Shown here in pieces: positions 36,494-49,019 of a stretch of 54,067 nucleotides of DNA. Position numbers and translations under genes: made by a program. Source of the stretch: Octopus sinensis (taxonomy: Eukaryota); assembly GCF_006345805.1 (NCBI RefSeq), contig NW_021835554.1:1-54067 (forward strand), given 5' to 3'. The notes under the pieces are model-generated. The model was not told the DNA's origin. It made no database searches and saw only the letters and a list, made by a program, of their open reading frames with translations. Position 1 is the stretch's first letter, and each line of letters begins with the position of its first letter.

Positions 36494-37720
36494 GCTGCTG
36501 CCGCTGCTGCTGCTGCTGCTGGTATTCAATTGTATTTACAACAGCCATGGTACTACATATATCATCAAGAAAAACATAGTACAGCAAGCAACACCGGCCG
36601 ATGAGAAAGACGCGATGTGGTCATTCTGCTAGAAATTGCAGCGAAAATCTCCCTCGTGACACACAACCACTGTCTTAAGAAAACAGGACACATTGTATAA
36701 CGGGGGTGGAGGTTCTTGGATATATCTTTACGTAAGAGAAGAAATAGCAAACGTGGTGGTCATGAGAGGAATGCCTTTGATCATAGGTCTATTTGATAAA
36801 AGTTGATCAGGAGGTAAACAACAACAAGAAGTAATACATCAACTTCAAGGAAAAACAACAACATCAGCCGTTGTGAAAACAATTTGGAAAAACAACAAAT
36901 ATAAACAAAAACTATGGCGACGACAATAATTTAAAGTGGTAAAAAAAAGAAGGAAAAACGTATTTCAAGTGGTTGCCTAGGAAACAGCAATGTTGTATAG
37001 GGTTGATGCTGGTGGTCGTAGTGATAGGATTGGTGGACGTGGCGTTGATCGAGATGGTCGTGGTAGTAGCGGAAGTGGTGGTTTTGGTGGTGGTGGTGGT
37101 GGTGGTGGTTGTGGTAGTGGTAGTTGTGGTGATAGTGGTGGACGTAGTGGTAGTTGTGGTGGTAGTGGTGATGGTAGTTGTGGTGGTGGTGGTGGTGGTG
37201 GTATTTGTGGTGGTGGTGGTAGTGGTTGTAGTAGAGGCGGTTCTAGTTATGGACGTTGTAACGGTGTGGTAGTGGTGGTGGTGGTGGTGGTGTGGTGGTG
37301 GTGTGGCATCGGTTGTAATGTTGGTAGTAGTAGTGATGGTAGTGGTAGTAGTGTTTCTGGATGATGGCTGTAGTAGTGGCGATGGTGGCGGTGGTGGTAA
37401 TGGTTGTGGTGATGGTGGTGGTGTTGATGGTTGTGTTGTTGTCATCGCTTGTGGTGGTGTTGGTGATGGTGTTGGTGGTGGTGGTGCTGTTGTTGATGGT
37501 GGCGGTTGTGGTGGTGCTAGAGGTAGCAGTGATAGTATTAATGGTTGTAGCGTTAATCGAGACAGCGGTGGTGGCTATCGTGGTTGTGGTGGTGGTTATA
37601 CTGCCGGTAGTGGTTTTGGTGGTAGTAGTGTTTGTGGCGGTGGAATTGGTGACTCCGTGGGTGGTGTTCGTGGTAATGCTTGTGGCGGTGTTGGTGCTGT
37701 CGATAGCGGGGGACAAACTG
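36000..37720. repeat. ACA/CTA/CTG tract (36000-36520) and cryptic GGT tract (37000-37720)
   Basis: Directly visible. Confidence 0.9.
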
Positions 37721-38062
37721 AGCTGATGCTGTAAAGGATGATGGTGCTATGGTTTCGAGGCGATGCAGTGGAACTAACGCTAATCTAGATAGATAGTTAA
37801 GGGCTGTTGTGGTCATGACCCTGGTGAAGGTGACTCCGTTGGTGGCGTTGCCATTGTTGTTTAGCACCAAGTTAGCTGATCGTATATCCCAGTCATGCGG
37901 CCCGTGGGACTACCTCGGTAGCATGCTTAAAGTAAAAAAAAAAACCAAAATCCGAACACTAATGTGAATTTTTGCTTTTCGGCATGCGGCCAGATTCTCA
38001 TAAAAGGTTTCCCTTGGTTATATAGACCTATAGCGCATCCTGTCCTTTTCTAATTGTCACAT

Positions 38063-38287
38063 TATATTGATTTCAAATTTTAGCACTAGGCCAGCAATTT
38101 CGGAGGAAGATATGAGTCAATTACGTCGACCCCCCAGTGCTCTACTGGTATTTATTTTAACTGCCCCGAAAGGATGAAATGCAAAATCAGCCTCAGCGAA
38201 ATTTGAACTCAGAACGTAAAGACGGTCGAAACGCCACTAAGTACTTTTTCCCGGAATGCTTAGCAATTCTGCCAAATCACAGCCTTA
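38063..38287 (-). mobile_element. SINE A2
   Basis: CACTAGGCCAGCAATTTC...AATTTGAACTCAGAACGTAAAGACGG...ATTCTGCCAAATCACAGCC. Confidence 0.85.
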
Positions 38288-38512
38288 AATGATCCCGTTG
38301 TATCAAATGACAGAATAAGATGTTTGAGGGATGCTTATTACCAGTTCTTGTAAAATAGAGATAACTTATAGAGTCTTAATCGTTGTATAATGGTAATGTT
38401 TGTTGTTCTGGTTATTGATCTTGATCTTTTTCTTCTGTGGCTGACCTTGCTTTTATCGTTGTTGCTGTTGCTTTGTGTCTTATATACAGTTGTTTACCTT
38501 TATTTTATTCTT

Positions 38513-38934
38513 ATCATCTTCTACTTGTTTCAGTCATTTGTCTGTGGCCATGCTGGAGCACCGCCTTTAGTCGAGCAAATCGATCTCAGAGCTTATTCTA
38601 TCGGTCTCTTTTGCAGAACCGCTAAGTTACGATCACGTAAAAACACCAGCATCGGTTATCAAGCAATGATGGGGGGGGGACAAACACAGACACACAAACA
38701 TATACACACACGTACACACACACTCAAACACACACATGCATATATACATATATATACATATATACGGCAGGTCTCTTCCGGTTTCCGTCTACCAAATCCA
38801 CTCACAAGGCTTTGGTCGGCCCGAGGCTATAGTAGAAGACACTTGCCCAAGGTGGTACGCAGTGGGACTGAACCCGGAATCATGTGGCTGGTAAGCAAGC
38901 TACTTACCCCTTACCACACAGCCACTCCTGCGCT
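38513..38934 (-). mobile_element. SINE B, full length
   Basis: Near consensus from ACTTGTTTCAGTCATTTG to CCACACAGCCACTCCTGCGC. Confidence 0.95.
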
Positions 38935-39508
38935 TATATCAAAGACGATGGAGAAGTCTTATTTTAAAGAGATATGACTACGGTTTGTGGCAAGTCAAAT
39001 GACCAAATAGTGGGAGCGATGTTGTCTCATAATAATAGTGCTGGTTATGATGGTGAACGATGAGCTCATTCTTATTGATGGTAGGGGATAAGCTAATACC
39101 AAATGCCTTCCTGTGTACATATACTCTGTTTCTGTTTTTCCAGATGGTCATAGTTGTAGAGGACACAATGTAAGGACAATAAAAGACACAAAATTCGTCT
39201 AATTGCATAAGGTACGAAATGAGCATTTTAACATTTAATCGCTTTAAGTTGAAAATCATATAAAAATATAAGTAATGTTCGAAGAACCACATCTGAAGGT
39301 ATGGCTTCTGTGTAAGATATTCTCAGTAAACGGCTTCTGTAGTTGATTTATCAAACGGTCATTGGTCACAGAAAAAAAAAGAGTTGTGAAGTAAAAAAGA
39401 GTGATCAATTTGGCTCTTTTAACGTTTTTTATGGAGCCAAACTTTGTACAAATATGTCTTTTTTCTTGAACCGCAAATACACAACGTCCGAATATCAGTT
39501 GAAATAGA

Positions 39509-39720
39509 AAGCGTCGAGCCGGCCGAATCGTTAGTACGCCGGACAAAAGGGCTAGTGTTATCTCGTCCGTTTTTACTTTCTGCGTTCAAATTTTGCCGAG
39601 GTCGACTTTGCCTTTCATCCTTTTGCAGTCGATAAAATAAGTACCAGTTGTACACTGGGGTCGATGTAATCGACTTACCCCACCCCTAAAATTGCTGGAC
39701 TCGTGACATCATTTGAGAAA
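39509..39720 (+). mobile_element. SINE A2
   Basis: GCGTCGAGCCGGCCGAATCGTTAG...GTTCAAATTTTGCCGAGGTCGACTTTGCC...AAAATTGCTGGACTCGTG. Confidence 0.9.
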
Positions 39721-40006
39721 TGATGTTAGGAGAAATAATTATATCACATACGAGTTTCCACATTATACTGCAAAACCTGCACCAAGTGGTCTGAAGAACA
39801 AGCGTTATGTACACGGACAACGTTAGCAACGATATATTCGCAGCTAATACAAGAACTGCGAAAGCATAATATTCCAAATGTTATGTAGCGTTCACTAGTA
39901 TGAGACATAATAGGACGCTTAGTGGATGTCGGTATTATTCACTAGATTCCTCAATGCGTATCCTTACGCCATGTTATCTTGATATGCACCGTTTATATAT
40001 ATATAT

Positions 40007-40055
<49 letters not shown>

Positions 40056-40540
40056 TTTCAGATGTAGATTAAGGTAGACTTGTCCAGCAAGTTCTGAGAC
40101 TGTTATGGAATATAATCAGGTTCTGAGAGATCATTAAAGTGTTTGTCCATTTCTTATTTGAACACTCCTTTGATGTTTTGATTTCTACGCCTTTTTCTTA
40201 ATTCCGTTCGTTTAGACTCGGAGAAGAAAAGTGGGAGAGGGTCAGATAATTTACAAATGTCTGATATGTATGCACGCACACACAAACACACACACACACA
40301 CACACATACACACATACACACACACAAACAAATACACACACACATATACACACATATGACTTCACAAACATATACGCATATACATATACAACTGTCTAGT
40401 AATATAGTTATGTATAAATATGAATATATGCATATACACACACATACTCACACGCACACCTACACACATATATATCACATATATCACATATATCATATAT
40501 ATATATATATGTATATTTATATATACATACATATATATCC

Positions 40541-40824
40541 CCGTCACCGTGACCAACCAGGCTATCATTTGTTGCTACACATCGCTGGTCACAATGCGCT
40601 TCGCATTGTTCTAGCCTTCAAATGACGCCACCCCGCTGGCTAAGCGGGCAGGCCTACAGAAGAAAGAATGAGAGAAAGTTGTGGCGAAAGAGTACAGCAG
40701 GGATCACCACCATCCCCTGCCGGAGCCTCGTGGAGCTTTAGGTGTTTTCGCTCAATAAACACTCACAACGACCGGTCTGGGAATCGAAACCGCGATCCTA
40801 CGACCGCGAGTCCACTGCCCTAAC
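40541..40824 (-). mobile_element. SINE family D (first ~15 nt missing)
   Basis: Minus strand: GTTAGGGCAGTGGACTCGCGGTCGTAGGATCGCGGTTTCGATTCCC (B box), centre AAAGCTCCACGAGGCTCCGGCAGGGG, 3' region similar to family C. Confidence 0.9.
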
Positions 40825-40943
40825 GCACACACACATATATATATATATATGTGTGTGTATATATATGTATATATATATGTATATATATGTATATATATAT
40901 ATATGTATATAAATATACAATATATATATATAGTATATATATA

Positions 40944-41352
40944 TAATAAATATTAGGGAATAAATCCAAATTTACAGGGAAAAAATCAGATTTAGATTAA
41001 ATCGATTTTATATTAAAATATTATAAAATATTATTCGAGACAAAACCACTATTTTGCAAAACAAACAAGGAAAGACTTATTAATACATATATTTAATAAA
41101 TAGTCAAAACAAACCGCCACTACAATCGTTTCTTGTCTTGATCGACAATCTTCAGGTGGACTTCCAATATTCAGTGTCAATTATGAAGTAATTTGACACT
41201 GAATATGGAAGTCCACCTAAGATTGTCGATCAGACAAGAAACGATTGTATGGCGGTTTTTTTGACTATTTATTAAAATTTTTATGTATTATTAGTCTTTC
41301 CTTGTTTTGTTTTGCAAAATAGTGGTTTTGTCTCGATAATATTTATTATAAT
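40944..41352. mobile_element. Palindromic element P3 (Penelope-like inverted terminal repeat with one-sided extension) in (TA)n
   Basis: Arms ~41020-41180 and ~41193-41352, 12-nt centre, extension 40944-41019 homologous to 8981-9060. Confidence 0.88.
41117..41159 (-). ncRNA. Minimal type I hammerhead ribozyme, core intact
   Basis: Minus strand: CCAC-CTGAAGA-TTGTC(GATCAA)GACAA-GAAAC-GATT-GTA-GTGG; predicted cut between 41121 and 41120. Confidence 0.7.
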
Positions 41353-41360
41353 ATATATAT

Positions 41361-41409
<49 letters not shown>

Positions 41410-41725
41410 TCGTATATCAACGAAATTTTACAAGTGTGTGTGAGTGTGTGTACCCTTACAGATGTACCTGCTGACATTCTCAAACACATGCTTACCCGTA
41501 TAGATTGAGAGTGATGCAGTGTCAAATCTATCGAATAGAAAATTAACGATTAATTAGAAGTGTATGAATGTTAAAGAACATGTATAGAAAACAACTGATT
41601 ATTACACAAGACACACACTTGTATATTCCTTTAATCCGGGACATTAGTTTGATGCGTCGATGTTTACAAACATAGCCTAACAGATGTACGAAAGAATTTC
41701 AGCTATGCAGCAGTACGCGTGTCAA

Positions 41726-41980
41726 AGCGCGTAGTCAAGTGGTTCGGCTGTTGCACTAACGATCGTTAGATCGGGGGTTCGATATGCAGACAGGACGGCG
41801 AGTTGTATTCTTGAGCAAAAAACTTCCTTTTACGTTGGTCCAGTCTTCCTTTCGATCAGGGTAGAATGTTGGCCTGTTTGCCTAGTCAGCGAGTGGCGTC
41901 ATTCCAAGGGTAAAGCAATGCATAGGGACCAGCAATGTGTAATAACATCTGACAGTTTGGTCGGCCTCTTGATCTCGCGT
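41726..41980 (+). mobile_element. SINE family C, diverged
   Basis: AGCGCGTAGTCAAGTGGTT (A box), GGGTTCGATATG (B box), TTCTTGAGCAAAAAACTT centre, tail GTGGCGTCATT...GACCAGCAATGTGT...TGACAGTTTGGTCGG. Confidence 0.75.
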
Positions 41981-41981
41981 G

Positions 41982-42021
<40 letters not shown>

Positions 42022-42073
42022 CATATATATATGTTTGTGTGTGTGTCTGTGTATGTATGTATATATATATATA

Positions 42074-42275
42074 TATTTCTTTACTACCCACAAGGGGCTA
42101 AACACAGAGGGGACAAACAAGGACAGACAAACGGATTACATCGACCCCAGTGCGTAACTGGTACTTAATTTATCGACCCCGAAAGGATGAAAGGCAAAGT
42201 CGACCTCGGCGGAATTTGAACTCAGAACGTAACGGCAGACGAAATACGGCTACGCATTTCGCCCGGCGTGCTAAC
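42074..42275 (-). mobile_element. SINE A (A1 tail), 5' truncated
   Basis: Near consensus body and tail. Confidence 0.95.
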
Positions 42276-42289
42276 ATATATATATGTAT

Positions 42290-42842
42290 GTATTGTAAAC
42301 AACTTGCAAATGCATGTGCTACCATTTGAGAGCTCCGCATACCAGAAGCCAACAAGTGTATGGGGTCATCAGGAGAGAGAATGCACACCGAATCAGGTCC
42401 TACATCTCGACGGTATCAATGCGCACCGGCCCCCAATTACTGATATGAAGCCCTGCTTGCTAGATCAACTGGTTATTAAATATAGCTCAATATTCTTCTA
42501 GTCATCGCTAATCATCTCCTTTTAACCAAATCCAGTGGCAAGCCTTTTCCACTGTAGTTTGGATATCGGTCATGCCGGTATTTACTTTACGATGACTTAG
42601 ACCTAACGATAACAACAGTCGTCCAACAAACCCTCTATATCCGACTCCCGATTGGAAAATGCTCCGCTTTCCAGCCAGCGTCTTCACAATCCTTGAGGAT
42701 GTTTACATAACTTTCAATCTTTCGAACCCAAATGGCGTCCATTTTATCTTCATGAAGAACCGTTAACTAGAGTAGATTCATCACTCTTTCTATCACGCCA
42801 CATTAAAATGTCCGGTTTTTAAGTAACTGGGATCGGAAAGAA
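42290..42842 (-). pseudogene. 3' fragment of an RLE-type non-LTR retrotransposon (HERO-like): endonuclease C-terminus 42508-42842 plus 3' UTR
   Basis: Manual translation with two frameshifts: FFPIPVT*KPDILMW / ERVMNLL*LTVLHEDKMDAIWVRKIESYVNILKDCEDAGWKAEHFPI / VGYRGFVGRLLLSLGLSHRKVNTGMTDIQTTVEKACHWIWLKGDD*; matches the RPD...ELTVP.E...RK..KY..L...C...GW....P.EVG.RGF...EK.S.W.WL pattern. Confidence 0.85.
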
Positions 42843-42969
42843 TCTCTCACTATATATATGCATACGTACAGAGAGAGAGATTGATATATATATATATATA
42901 TATATATAATAGAGATATAATATATATATATATATAATATATATAATATATATATATATTATTATATAT

Positions 42970-43043
<74 letters not shown>

Positions 43044-43486
43044 GGATAGATATATACACTGTAAAATTCCTGTTGATCTTGGCGTTAAGTTTCGCTTTGG
43101 ACGAAAGTTTGACAAAAATAGTTCATTCAACTTCTTAATATTGACTTCTCCTATGAGTAAAACTCCCGTTGTTTTCTTTAACTTATTTGAAAATAACCTG
43201 AACTGAATTTTCATATACTTACTAACACACACACACACACACACATACACACACATTCAAACACACAGACAAACACACATATACATATATACATATATAC
43301 ATATTTGAGTGTGTGCAAAAGTGTATGTTGTTAATCAATAAATTATAGATCACACCAGACAAATACTGGAGAGTCTCTATAACTTCAGTTGGGTGAGTTT
43401 ATTAATCATAATACAGTTGACTGCAACTGCAAGTTCCACCTTACTGGCTTACTGAACCAGTATATTTCCCGCATATATGTATGTAT

Positions 43487-43518
<32 letters not shown>

Positions 43519-43589
43519 TATATATATATATATATATATTCATATGTATATAAATGTATGTACATATGTATGTATATATTATATGTTTG

Positions 43590-43630
<41 letters not shown>

Positions 43631-43882
43631 TTGTGTATATATAATATATATACTTATACACTATATATATATATATATATGCATACAATATATATATATA
43701 TATGTATATTCATATACTATATATACATTTATATATGCATGGATATATAGGCATATATATATACGTATACTTAGATGTATATATACATGTATGTATGTAT
43801 ATATGTGTTGTATACATACTTATATATCTTTACACATTTATCTACCGGTCTATCTATCTATGTATCTATCTATTTATCTACT

Positions 43883-43936
<54 letters not shown>

Positions 43937-44487
43937 TATATATATATATATATTATATATATATATATATATATTATATATATTTATGCACATACATATA
44001 TATATCCATATAGGCATCCATCCATCCAATCGTACATACATACATACATACATACATACATACATACATACATACACACATACATACATACATACATACA
44101 TAAATACATACATACATACATAAATATACATACATATATAAACCGACAATATTCAGTCTTCCACATCCCGGCATTTGTGATATGCATCCTTACACATTTC
44201 GAATCATCATAATTATGTCCCGGATTCGTAGTAATATATGCGCATCGGTTTTGAATGATATATTTTAAATCACTCCGGTCCGTTCCATTTTATTTAATTC
44301 GCATAAACATGGTCACATTCCTAATTAATTTAATTAATTTTGAATTTCTTATTGATTGAGCACTTTCTGTGAGAAGTTACTCGTGCCTAGATGAGTTAAT
44401 ATGTGTATTTTGAGAATCATATGTATGTGTTTCTTTCCACATATATGTATGTATTTATTTACATGTTTATATATGTATATATGTAAT

Positions 44488-44539
<52 letters not shown>

Positions 44540-44799
44540 TGTTTGTTTGTTTGTGTAGTCACTCCTATAAAGTAATGTGAGTGTATATAACACACGCCAT
44601 GGCCAAACTGGCAATACGCATGCTTCATACGATCAGTAAGCAATGCCGGTATGTTCATTAACCGTTGCCAGGACACATTCACTGTATCTTTAATGAGCAA
44701 TATAATGGAGTTGAGAAGTAAGACTGATGTTCGTTCCATGTCGCCTTTTTCAAACTTCCTTTCTTCTCGTTCATATATCCTCACTAAATAATGGTGGTT

Positions 44800-46010
44800 G
44801 CAGTTGTCGTGCTATAGGTAGCGCTGCCGTTGTCGTAGCTGTCCGCGGTGTTGGTTGTGGTGGTGGTGGTGGTGATGTTTTTTTTTATGATGGTGATGGT
44901 GATGGTGATGGGGGTGGTCGTTGTGTTGGTGTTGTTGTTGTTGTGCTGATGTTAGTGTTGTTGTCGATAGTGCTAGCTGTTCTTGTTGTTGCTGGTGGTG
45001 GTGATGGTGGTGGTGGTGATGCTGATGGTTGTGATAGTGGTGGTGATGCCGGTGATCCTGGTGATGCCGATGGAGCTGATGATGGTGGTGATGATGGTAG
45101 TGGTGGTGGTGGTGATTGTGGTGGTGATGGTAATGGTGGGTGATGGTAATGGTGGTCATGGTGGTCTTGGCGGTGGTACTGGTGGTGGTGGTGGTGTGCT
45201 GGTGGTGGTTATGGCAGTGGTGTTCGTGGTTATAGCGGTGCCAGTGGAAGTGGTGCTGGTGGTGGTCATGGTGGTAGTGGTTGTTGCTTTGGTGGTGGTT
45301 GTTGTTGTGGTTGGTGTGGTAGTGTTGATAGTGGTGATGGTGCCGTTGTTAATAGCGGCGATGTTGTTGCAGGTGGTGCTCATGTCGTTCTTGGTGGTGG
45401 TTGTGGTCATGTTTTGGTGGTAGCGTCAGAGACGATAATCAAACAGCTGCTGCAGCTATGGTTGTTGTTGTAGTGGTGGTTTTTGTTCTTGTTGTTATTG
45501 TAATTGTTGTTGTTGCTAATGATGGCGAAAATGTTGTTAGTCTTCGTCATGATGTTTCTGTGATTCTTCGTTGTAGTCGTATGTGGTGGCACTGGTTGTG
45601 ACGCCGATTTCGCTCGGATTATCTATGATGATATTTGAGTGGTGTTGTCGATGCTGTAGTTGTTAGCGGCACTGATGACGTCGTCGTTATTGTTGCTGTT
45701 ATTGTTGTGGTAGTTATTGCTGTTGTTGTTATTAATATTCTTGTTAGTGTTGGTGGCGGTGGTGGCGTCATCAGCGGTGATATTGCCGATATTATCAGAG
45801 ACTGTAATAACATTAGAGGTGTATCTGGTGGTAGTAAAAGCGGTAGTATTATTGTAGTTTGTAATGATGTTGATAGTAATGTTGTAGTTGGTCGTATTGT
45901 TGTTGTTGTTATTGATGATGCCGTGGTTGATGTTGTTGTCGTTGTTGTTATTGGTGGTGGTGGTGCTCGACGTTGTCGTCACCGTCGTGCTTATGCGGAT
46001 TATGCCCATG
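44800..46010. repeat. Cryptic GGT/GTT/GAT tract
   Basis: Directly visible. Confidence 0.9.
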
Positions 46011-46535
46011 CAGTATCCATGATATCTTTGCTGTTGTTGACTAACTCCAATATCAGTCAGTCCTCATCAGGCTTACTATGTTTCTAGACATTCCAACCAA
46101 AGCCATCACATCTCCGAACTAGAGATAATCCCCTCCAAATGTGAATCGCCTAATATGTCTTTTTCTGAAGCAATAGAATTTAATTCGAGATTGATTTGGT
46201 TATTGCTTCTAATAAGTTGGGCGACTGCGTAGATGCCTCCATCGTTCTCTCGAAGTGTTTGATATTGTTGTTGCCATTCGTAGTGGTGGTGACGAGGGCA
46301 AGGATTGTGAAGGCGTATGTGCTATTGAGGAGGTGTATAGGTAATTGTGGTTATAGTAGTATCGTAAGTTTTGTTGGTTGTGATGGTGGCGGTTGTAGTT
46401 GCAGTGGTAGTGTGTGGGCTGATGTTCATGAAGATCAGGACAAGGTGTTGCTGAGGTTACGGTAGTAGTGCATGAGTTTTCTTTACTAGTAATAGAAGCA
46501 GTAACAGCAGCAGCAGCAGCAGCAGCAGAAGCAGC

Positions 46536-46588
<53 letters not shown>

Positions 46589-46600
46589 CAGCAGCAGCAG

Positions 46601-47019
46601 CCGTCCAAGAATCTGGACCTGGAGATCTCCATTTCCTGCGACTTCGAGGGCCACCTCCCAGTGGTGTCGGGCGTCAACGAAGAGCCCTGGACTACAACAA
46701 GACGACCAAAGATTATTTTTCCAAGGTCTGGGGTCTCCCACCCCTAAGCCCTAGACCATCACCTAATCACCCTTACCCGTCTTGTTGCTTAAGAACAACA
46801 ACACCACCACCAGCAGCAACAGCAGCCGTCCAAGAATTTGTACCTGGAGATCTCCATTTCCAGCGACTTCGAAGGCCACCTCCTACTAGTGTCTGGCGTC
46901 AATGAAGAACCCTCGACTACAACAAGACAACCAAAATTATATTTTTCCAAGTTCTGCAGGTCTCCCGCCCCTAAGCCTTAGACCATCACCTAATCACCCT
47001 TACCCGTCTTGTTGCTTAA
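46601..47019. repeat. Tandem duplication of a ~193-bp high-complexity unit (period 225)
   Basis: CCGTCCAAGAAT...CCCTTACCCGTCTTGTTGCTTAA at 46601-46792 and 46826-47019. Confidence 0.95.
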
Positions 47020-47052
47020 CAATAACAACTATAGAAGTAGCAACAACAGTAT

Positions 47053-47102
<50 letters not shown>

Positions 47103-47133
47103 ATAGTAGTAGTAGTAGTAGTTGTTGTTGTTT

Positions 47134-47167
<34 letters not shown>

Positions 47168-47554
47168 ATGGTAGCGGTGATAGTATTGGTTACTGTGGTA
47201 GTGGCCAGAGTGGTAATAAGAGTCTTGGTTGTGGTGTTGGTGGTAGTGGTGGCAGTGGTAGTAGCGGGGATGATGGTGGTGTGGTGATAGTGGTAGGAGT
47301 GATAGTGATTGTTGCGGTTGTGGCAGTGGCGGTGGTGTCTGTGGTAATGATAATGCTAAATGAGTAGCAGTTGTGGTTTGGTGAGCGGAGCTACGCTCTA
47401 AATTATTGTTGTACTGTTGTGTTGGCGAAGGTTTGCACTCTCTGGCGGAGAGCTAAATCATCCTGGGGTACAGAGGATTCGCAATCTAGACCAAGGTCTA
47501 AAAGTTTACCACACCATACTGGGTTACACCTTGGTTCCTCTGCTTTGTGGCAGA

Positions 47555-47746
47555 AGTAGGAAGAAAGAGTGAGAGAAAGTTGTGGTGAAAGAGTACAGCG
47601 GGGTTCACCCCAACCCACTTGCCGGAGCCTCGTGGAGCTTAGGTATTTTTTGCTCAATAAACACTCACAATGCCCGGTCTTGGAATCGAAACTGTATTCT
47701 TACGACCATGAGCCCGCTGCCCTAATCACTGGACCATTGCGCCTCC
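47555..47746 (-). mobile_element. SINE D, 5' part
   Basis: GCCGGAGCCTCGTGGAGCTTAGG...CTCAATAAACACTCACAA...GGAATCGAAAC...GCTGCCCTAATCACTGGACCATTGCGCCTCC. Confidence 0.9.
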
Positions 47747-47749
47747 ACT

Positions 47750-48590
47750 CGTCGTTGCTGTTGCCGTTGTTGCGGTCAGTGTGGCGATGGTAATATTGTT
47801 TGTTTGTTTTGTTTTTTCTCGTTGTTTTTGTTCCCATCACCGCAATTGTTGTTATCGTTGAAGTCGTCGTCGTCCTCAGCGTCGCCATCGTCGTCGTTGT
47901 CATCAACATCGTCATCATCACCGTCGTTGTTGTCCGCATCGTCGTCGTCGTCATCATCATCATCGTTGTCTTCACTGTCGTCTTAATCGTCGTTGTCGTT
48001 GTCATCGTCGTCGTGTCATCATCGTGGTCGTAGTCATCATCGTCGTCGTTGCCGTCATCGTCATCATTGTCGTCGTCGTCGTAGTCATCATCATCGTGTT
48101 GTCTTCACTGTCGTCGTCTTCGTCATCATCGTTGTCATCGTCGTCGTCATCCTCATTGTCGTCGTCGTCATCCTCATTGTCGTCGTCGTCATCGTCGTCA
48201 TCGTCATCGTCATCGTCATCATCGTCTCATCGTCATCGTCGCTGTCGTCATAGACATCATCGTCGTTGTCATCGTCATCGTCGTCATCGTCATCGCCATC
48301 GTCATCGTCGCTGTCATCATAGTCATCATCGTCGTTGTCATCGTCATCGTCGTCATCGCCATCGTCATCGTCGTCATCATCGTCGTTTTCATCATCGTCG
48401 CCGTCGTCCTCGTAAGCCTCATCGTCACCGCCGTCATCGTCGTTGTTGATATTATTGTTACTCTTCTTGTTTTTCTTATTGTTGTTGCTGTTACTATTTT
48501 CGATATTGTTCTTGTTGCTATTGTTGTTCACGCCGTTGCTTTGCTCGTCGTTGTTGTTGTTGTTGTTGGTATTGTTGTTGTTGACACTTA
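47750..48590. repeat. Cryptic GTC/CAT/GTT tract
   Basis: Directly visible. Confidence 0.9.
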
Positions 48591-49019
48591 CTGACGTCAG
48601 CGCTGACCAAATTTTCAACAACAATCACATCTGCCCCCTTCATCTCCATCCATCTCTCCCACAGTCTTTCATAACCCATCCCCTTCTACACACCTCTATG
48701 CTCACACCATCTAAGCCTCTCTCTCTCTCTCCCTTTCTCCCTCTCTCTCTCTCCCTTTCTCCCTCTCTCCTCTCTTTCTCCTTTTCTCTCTTGCTCGATC
48801 GCTCCAAACACGCTTCTCCCACACTCTTTGTCTCTCTCTCTCCCTTTCTCACTAACCCCGTTATCGCACAGACCCCTAAACCCCCTTTTTCAGTACGCAT
48901 GAAAGCCCCTGTCATCCAAGATAACCCTAATTAAGAAGTTGCGGTCATAAAAATAGGGAATTTATTGGTTCCTTGAAATACCAAACGACAGCAACCATTC
49001 ACCATCATTGCCACTGGGG

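Noticed and set aside
46741-46780. Interstitial telomeric repeats (CCCTAA-like)
   Set aside because: Only one exact CCCTAA; no tandem run
48880-49000. Homeodomain motif cluster (TAATTA, GTCATAAA, TTTATTGG) and CTCF-like CCACTGGGGGCA
   Set aside because: Short AT-rich motifs are expected by chance, and the CTCF-like string lacks the core AG spacing
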